Shown: in pieces, positions 59,343 through 64,000 of the stretch
Numbering within the stretch: the first letter of the stretch is position 1
How the letters are laid out: each line of letters opens with the position of its first letter
Assembly (NCBI GenBank): GCA_963739915.1
Contig: CAVUCF010000027.1
Span: 6,017 to 70,016 of the forward strand
Source: an uncultured Ignavibacteriaceae bacterium
GTDB lineage: Bacteria; Bacteroidota; Ignavibacteria; Ignavibacteriales; Ignavibacteriaceae
Reading direction: 5' to 3'
DNA length: 64,000 bases
Translations under genes and position numbers: made by a program
The notes under the pieces: model-generated
Seen by the model: only the letters and a program-made list of their open reading frames with translations
The model's database searches: none
What the model was told of the DNA's origin: nothing

Positions 59343-59745
59343 GGTGATTTAATTTTTATAAATCCCAGCTGATGAGGCTACTGAGCAAATAAGTAAAGGC
59401 AAAACGTAAAGAGCAGAAGACTCTTAAAGAATTTAATCGGCTTTGCTGGAATCATTTAAGCGTCCTTCCAGTCTTTCTATCTCCATCTTAATACTGCTCG
59501 GAAATTTCAATCTTCCACGATACCAGTAATTATATTCTGTCTGGTCTTTAAACTTGTGAAGTTTTACTTTTTCAAAAAGTTCATTTTCTTTTTTGCTCAA
59601 CGATTTCAAATTGTCAATATATGTTCCTTAGTGTAGTTTACACCTTATATATTCAACCTTTTAACTGATTTCGTTCAAACAAATATTAAAATAAATAATT
59701 AAATCGGAGATTTTTTTTAACTTTAGATTAACTTTACTTAAGAAA

Positions 59746-61548
59746 ATGAAATTTCGGATTAAATATTTTAGGGTAAATTTTAAATTATATTCAAAAAAAG
59801 TGTTGATCTTTCTCCGACAGCGGATTGAGTTCAAGACTTTTATCATTCTCTCAAGTATCGCTGTTGGTATTACTTCTGGCCTAGCTGCCGTTGCACTGAA
59901 AAACATAGTGCATTTTTTTCAGCAGGAACCCACAAAATTATTTCAAGAAGTAGGATTGGATTATTTCATCCCTTTGACCCCTCTCTTCGGAATTCTCTTG
60001 TCTGTAGTTGTAGTAGAACTTTTTTTCGGTGGGAGATTGATTGTAGGATTAAGTAATGTCATCTATAGAATTATTAGAAAATCCTCAGATATACCAAAGC
60101 AGGATTTAATTTCTCATCTTATTACAAGCGGAATTACTATCGGTTTAGGTGGTTCTGCAGGTTTAGAAGCTCCAATTGTGGTTACTGGTGCAGCCATTGG
60201 TTCTAATGTAGCAAAGGAAGTCCGATTCAACTATCAGACCCGAACTTTATTACTAGCTTGTGGATCGGCAGCTGGTATTTCAGCAATATTCAATAGTCCG
60301 ATTGCTGGAGTCATTTTTGCTTTTGAAGTACTTCTACCAGAATTCTCTATTTCCTCTTTTATCCCTTTACTAATTGCTTCAGCATCGTCAGCAGTTTTAT
60401 CTAAGTTTTTATACAGTGGACAATTGTTTTACCTCGTTACAGAAGGATGGGTACTTGAGGCAATACCGTACTATATTGTCTTAGGTATTCTGTGTGGATT
60501 TATTTCATTATATATGATTAAAATCACTTACTTCTCTGAAAATATATTTGGGAAATTCTCTAATAAGATTTTAAAAGCTTTAGTAGGTGGCCTCATTTTG
60601 TGTGCTTTAATATTTCTCATTCCTCCACTATATGGAGAAGGATATAACAGCATAATGAATCTACTATCAGGCAAGTACGAGTTAATAATTAATAATAATT
60701 TATTATTGCGAGCTTTTAACAAGGATTTTGCATTGATTTTATTTGTTATTCTAATTGTGTTTTCAAAAGTCATTGCAACTTCTTTTACTCTAAATTCTGG
60801 TGGGAATGGAGGTATTATTGCTCCATCTTTATTTACTGGTGCATTCACAGGTTTTCTGCTGGCTAACTTGATGAAATATTTTGGCATTATTGAACTTAAT
60901 CATCCAAATTTTATTGCTGTAGGAATGGCAGGAATACTAAGCGGAGTATTGCACTCACCTTTAACAGGTATTTTTCTTATTGCTGAGGTTACGGGTGGTT
61001 ATAGCTTGATTGTGCCATTAATGATTGTAAGTGCATTATCATTTTTTATTTCAAGATATTTTCATCCTTACTCAATTTATACGGCGCCATTAGCTAAGAA
61101 AGGAATTGAGTTCAGGTCTGAAAAAGAAAAGTATTTTATGCAGCAGATTAATATCATGGACTTAGTCGAAACCGATTTTCTGAAGATCCAACCAAATATG
61201 ACCATTGGTAACCTTGTAAAAAAAATTGTGACTAATAAAAGAAATATTTTCCCGGTTATAGATGATACGGGAAAGCTATTAGGTGTAATAACTCTCGATG
61301 ATGTTCGGGAAATGATGTTAAATACAGAGGTGTATGATGTATTACTAGCTTATGAAATTATGAACCCAAATTTTTATTCTGTTGAGTTAAATTCTGACAT
61401 CCATAAAATCCTCAATATCTTTGAAGAAAAACACATCTGGAATATAGCTGTAACACAGCAGGGTAAATATCTTGGTTTCATTTCAAAATCAAATTTGTTC
61501 AACAAGTATATTTCAGTATGGTCGGAACAAGAAAGCGGAAAAATTTAA
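59746..61548 (+). CDS. ClC-family voltage-gated chloride channel with C-terminal CBS pair
   Basis: GLGGSAGLEAP, GIFLIAEVTG, and two CBS motifs in the last 140 aa or so. Confidence 0.9.
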   Translation: MKFRIKYFRVNFKLYSKKVLIFLRQRIEFKTFIILSSIAVGITSGLAAVALKNIVHFFQQEPTKLFQEVGLDYFIPLTPLFGILLSVVVVELFFGGRLIVGLSNVIYRIIRKSSDIPKQDLISHLITSGITIGLGGSAGLEAPIVVTGAAIGSNVAKEVRFNYQTRTLLLACGSAAGISAIFNSPIAGVIFAFEVLLPEFSISSFIPLLIASASSAVLSKFLYSGQLFYLVTEGWVLEAIPYYIVLGILCGFISLYMIKITYFSENIFGKFSNKILKALVGGLILCALIFLIPPLYGEGYNSIMNLLSGKYELIINNNLLLRAFNKDFALILFVILIVFSKVIATSFTLNSGGNGGIIAPSLFTGAFTGFLLANLMKYFGIIELNHPNFIAVGMAGILSGVLHSPLTGIFLIAEVTGGYSLIVPLMIVSALSFFISRYFHPYSIYTAPLAKKGIEFRSEKEKYFMQQINIMDLVETDFLKIQPNMTIGNLVKKIVTNKRNIFPVIDDTGKLLGVITLDDVREMMLNTEVYDVLLAYEIMNPNFYSVELNSDIHKILNIFEEKHIWNIAVTQQGKYLGFISKSNLFNKYISVWSEQESGKI

Positions 61549-61808
61549 TTGTATGAAAGCAGATCTTCTTGAGTTCCATCGGGTCCTCTGATATTCCCTC
61601 TGTCGATTTACAAATAACCTCACACTAAGGCCAGGTAGGGGTCTCATTCTTATATGAAAATCGGATTCTTAAAAATTTTTTTGTAGAAAAATATTCATGC
61701 TATTAGCGGATCTAACAACCTTGTTTTCTATTAGGTGAGACTTCGCTGATTGAGGCAGCCAGAAAACCCAGAACGTCAACTGGAATTATCAAAACCATTT
61801 CAATAATT

Positions 61809-63293
61809 TTATAGAACTAACTGTTCTAACCTTTCAAGTATTCTCACCATACCAAAAGTATCCAGCTTACAATACTCTAATAACTGCTGCTTAATTTCTG
61901 CAATGAACATTAAATCAGTCTGTGTCTGCAAACTTTCATAAGCTATAGAAGCTAATCCGCCCTCATTTATTTCAAGATTATCGTAGCTTAATTCAGGAAC
62001 AAGTGCCGGGAGTACTGCTTTAATTGAGTAGGAACCTTTCATCTCTGGTGCGTAATAATATTTTTTCTGGAATGGAATCATCAAATCCTTAATCCTTAAA
62101 ATGAATTTTTCAATTTCATCAGCATATCTCAGGAAAGTCTCTTGCAATTTCATTTAGCCTTGTTACTTCAAATGTTCTGTTATAAACAAGCACATCGCCT
62201 TTTCCCTTTGTTACTTTCAGCAAGGTCTCAATAAATTTTATACGAGGGTCTTCACCGGGTTCTGCAAGGAATTCAAAGTGTGATGGCTCGCTCTTCTTAT
62301 CTTGCTTAAGGAATGACTGAATATTGAAAAGGAATCTGCTGATATGGTTTTGAATTATTAAATAAAGGAACAGCTGGTTGAAAGGATTCAAAATCCATAA
62401 AGTATAGTGGGTATTTCAAATCAGATAGAAAGTTTATGATTGCTTTTTTGTCAATCACCGGTTTGTTGGTTCTATAAACTTCAAGTTGAAGCTTGTTATT
62501 TTTATTTAGATGGATAGTCTTCCGGCACATCATTTAGGTTTATTATTCCATTATGATAAAGTTCATATTTTTTTGAAAGGTGCATTCCTGAAAAATCAAA
62601 AATCGAATTATCAGGAATATGTTTCCTACAGTAATTGAAAAATCCGCAAGTATACGGGTTGTAGCAGTGTTCACCGATATCTATATGGGGCATCTGCTTC
62701 TTCAGCAAGATCTTTTTAAATCTATTAACGTTTTCTTTAACAGATTTCTGAAATGGCAATATGAACCTTAGCACCGACTCAGTTGTAAACAATTCGTGTA
62801 AATCTACATCTCCCTTCCGTATGTACTGATTATTAATATAAATGATTGAAAAATCTTTTACCCTAATTCCAAGGCTTGAAATAACATAATACTGCAGAGC
62901 TGCATCATTCAGATAAGTCTCCGAGACTGAAGTAGAACTCTTAACTTCAAAAATTCTAGCGCCCCCCTTCTCCATCACAACTACATCTGCAATTGAAAGA
63001 ACTTCGTTGTAAATAAACGCAGCTTCATAAATTACTTTCACACCATTGTCAATTAACTCCCTAGTTTTTCTAATTGCCTTTTCATAATCTGGTGGATCTC
63101 CCTCTGCAGCAATTATTCCACCAGGAAATAGATTGTGCGCAAGTTCACCTACATTTGTTCCTCTTTTGAAAATAGCTTTCTGCATATCCGATAGTTCGTC
63201 CATCTCATTATAATGATACTTATACAGATAGAGATGTTTTTCACATTGGAGTCCTTTAATAAAAGAAGATTTACTCAGAAGATGCGACGCCAT
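61809..63293 (-). pseudogene. DUF2779-type PD-(D/E)xK (Cas4-like) nuclease domain protein, three frameshifts
   Basis: N-terminal Cys (GLQCEKHLY), the nuclease core ...ADVVVMEKGGARIFEVKSS..., and the Cys cluster CYNPYTCGFFNYC. Four overlapping ORFs read through, with shifts near 62510, 62315 and 62130. Confidence 0.7.
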
Positions 63294-63413
63294 TATTTAT
63301 TCTTTCTTAGTTGATTTAACGAGTCATGCTGAATTTATTTCAACATCTATTTAAACATAATAATTAATGTTGTAGATTCTGAAACAAGTTCAGAATAACT
63401 ATTGAATAAATAA

Positions 63414-63857
63414 GTGATGATTATAATAAAATACTTTCTTATAACTTTTCTGTTATTTGCTGTCAATTTATATCCGCAATCCGAACGGTACACCAAGGGT
63501 GCTGAAAATGGTTATGCCTGGATGTCAATGGATGACCCTGCATTAATGTATTCCACATCAAAAGAAAATTATTTGAATTCGATACTTGACAGGCTCCGCT
63601 TAACAAATGAGAAGCATCCCGAAATAGCATCATTAAGCTGCAAAGAAGATATTAACAAGCTTTCTATTGAGGGTAAATCAGATAAAATATCAATTTCAGA
63701 TGTTGTAAGTGAAATGGATAAATTTTATTCACAAAATGATAATCTCGTTATTCCGATAATCTTCGCTTACTGCTACACAATAAAAACATTTGCTGGGGCA
63801 AGCACTAAAGAACTGAATGATTATAGAGATGAGGTTCTTTTATTCTGTTACGAATGA
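63414..63857 (+). CDS. secreted hypothetical protein
   Basis: Signal peptide (FLLFAVNLYPQ). No recognisable domain. Confidence 0.5.
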   Translation: MMIIIKYFLITFLLFAVNLYPQSERYTKGAENGYAWMSMDDPALMYSTSKENYLNSILDRLRLTNEKHPEIASLSCKEDINKLSIEGKSDKISISDVVSEMDKFYSQNDNLVIPIIFAYCYTIKTFAGASTKELNDYRDEVLLFCYE

Positions 63858-63860
63858 GAT

Positions 63861-64000
63861 TTAAAGATCAAGTTTTGTTTGGATATCTTTTGGTTTTTTC
63901 TTCGGTTCGCGGTGTCTTTTTAAAAAATCGCCAAAATCTTCCTTGGAAATAATATATATTTTACCTACCTGTTGAGCCTTAAGCTTTCCGGATCGTACGT
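63861..64000 (-). CDS. excisionase-family (MerR-like) helix-turn-helix protein, 3' part; 5' end lies right of the window
   Basis: The reverse-strand translation is ...VRSGKLKAQQVGKIYIISKEDFGDFLKRHREPKKKPKDIQTKLDL*. This matches the ...GkL.a.kvGr.y.I.kedl..fl pattern of excisionase-type HTH domains. Confidence 0.5.
   Translation of the reverse strand, partial: VRSGKLKAQQVGKIYIISKEDFGDFLKRHREPKKKPKDIQTKLDL

Noticed and set aside
59440-59625. Minus-strand open frame of about 55 codons (...LSKKENELFEKVKLHKFKDQTEYNYWYRGRLKFPSSIKMEIERLEGRLNDSSKAD*) in the gap before the ClC gene.
   Set aside because: It has no ATG or GTG start with a correctly spaced RBS; only distant TTG candidates exist. There is no recognisable motif. 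It could be a small protein or a remnant, but the evidence is insufficient.
61549-61808. ORF-free region after the ClC gene containing a short open frame ...ETSLIEAARKPRTSTGIIKTISIIL*.
   Set aside because: No start codon, no motif and no repeat or hairpin that I could tie to a function. It is mentioned only as context for the possible element border.

Overview
This is an AT-rich 64-kb chromosomal segment. T9SS-type C-terminal sorting domains, gene content and a low-GC coding style suggest an FCB-group (Ignavibacteria/Bacteroidota-like) bacterium. All calls come from reading the sequence and the ORF track; no database search was possible.

Layout, left to right:
- 1-9.3 kb: the 3' end of a sulfatase, then small secreted and membrane proteins.
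- 9.5 kb: tRNA-Lys(UUU).
- 9.7-17.6 kb: a dense signalling block. It holds an NtrC-type sigma54 activator, an HK-REC kinase, a REC-DHp protein, a 1181-aa hybrid kinase with three receivers, and a CheY-like REC.
- 17.6-25.9 kb: a type IV pilus-like operon, physically continuous with the signalling block (secretin, PilO/P-like, PilM/N fusion, PilT, PilB, PilC).
- 26.2-27.0 kb: two tandem non-canonical pilin-like genes.
- 27.5-31.6 kb: aspS, a pyrimidine-nucleoside phosphorylase and an SPFH protein.
- 31.7-47.3 kb: a heme biosynthesis cluster (ccsA/hemX-like, hemA, hemC, TetR-hemD fusion, hemE, hemN ... hemY, hemB). It is interrupted by a four-helix-bundle 'IVS protein' cassette, decayed T9SS-cargo fragments and three lipid/ATP-grasp genes.
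- 47.4-64 kb: mixed genes (AKR, MFS, Mut7-C, metallophosphoesterase, MOSC, Asp racemase, TPR lipoprotein, M29 aminopeptidase, RRM protein, ClC channel, DUF2779-type nuclease). The 3' end of an excisionase-type HTH gene sits at the right edge.

No rRNA, CRISPR array, transposase or integrase was seen.

Two points stand out:
1. Roughly 30 single-base frameshifts split at least 16 otherwise well-conserved genes, including essential aspS, hemC and hemN. Several fall in homopolymer runs, so assembly error is the leading explanation, although the shifts are visibly clustered.
2. The best candidate for new biology is the pilus operon. Its only pilin candidates are two paralogs starting MGQQQLL. They have no prepilin leader, no Phe+1, no Glu+5 and no Cys. 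The machinery genes are also packed tightly (overlaps or gaps of 23 bp or less) with a CheA-less multi-step phosphorelay.
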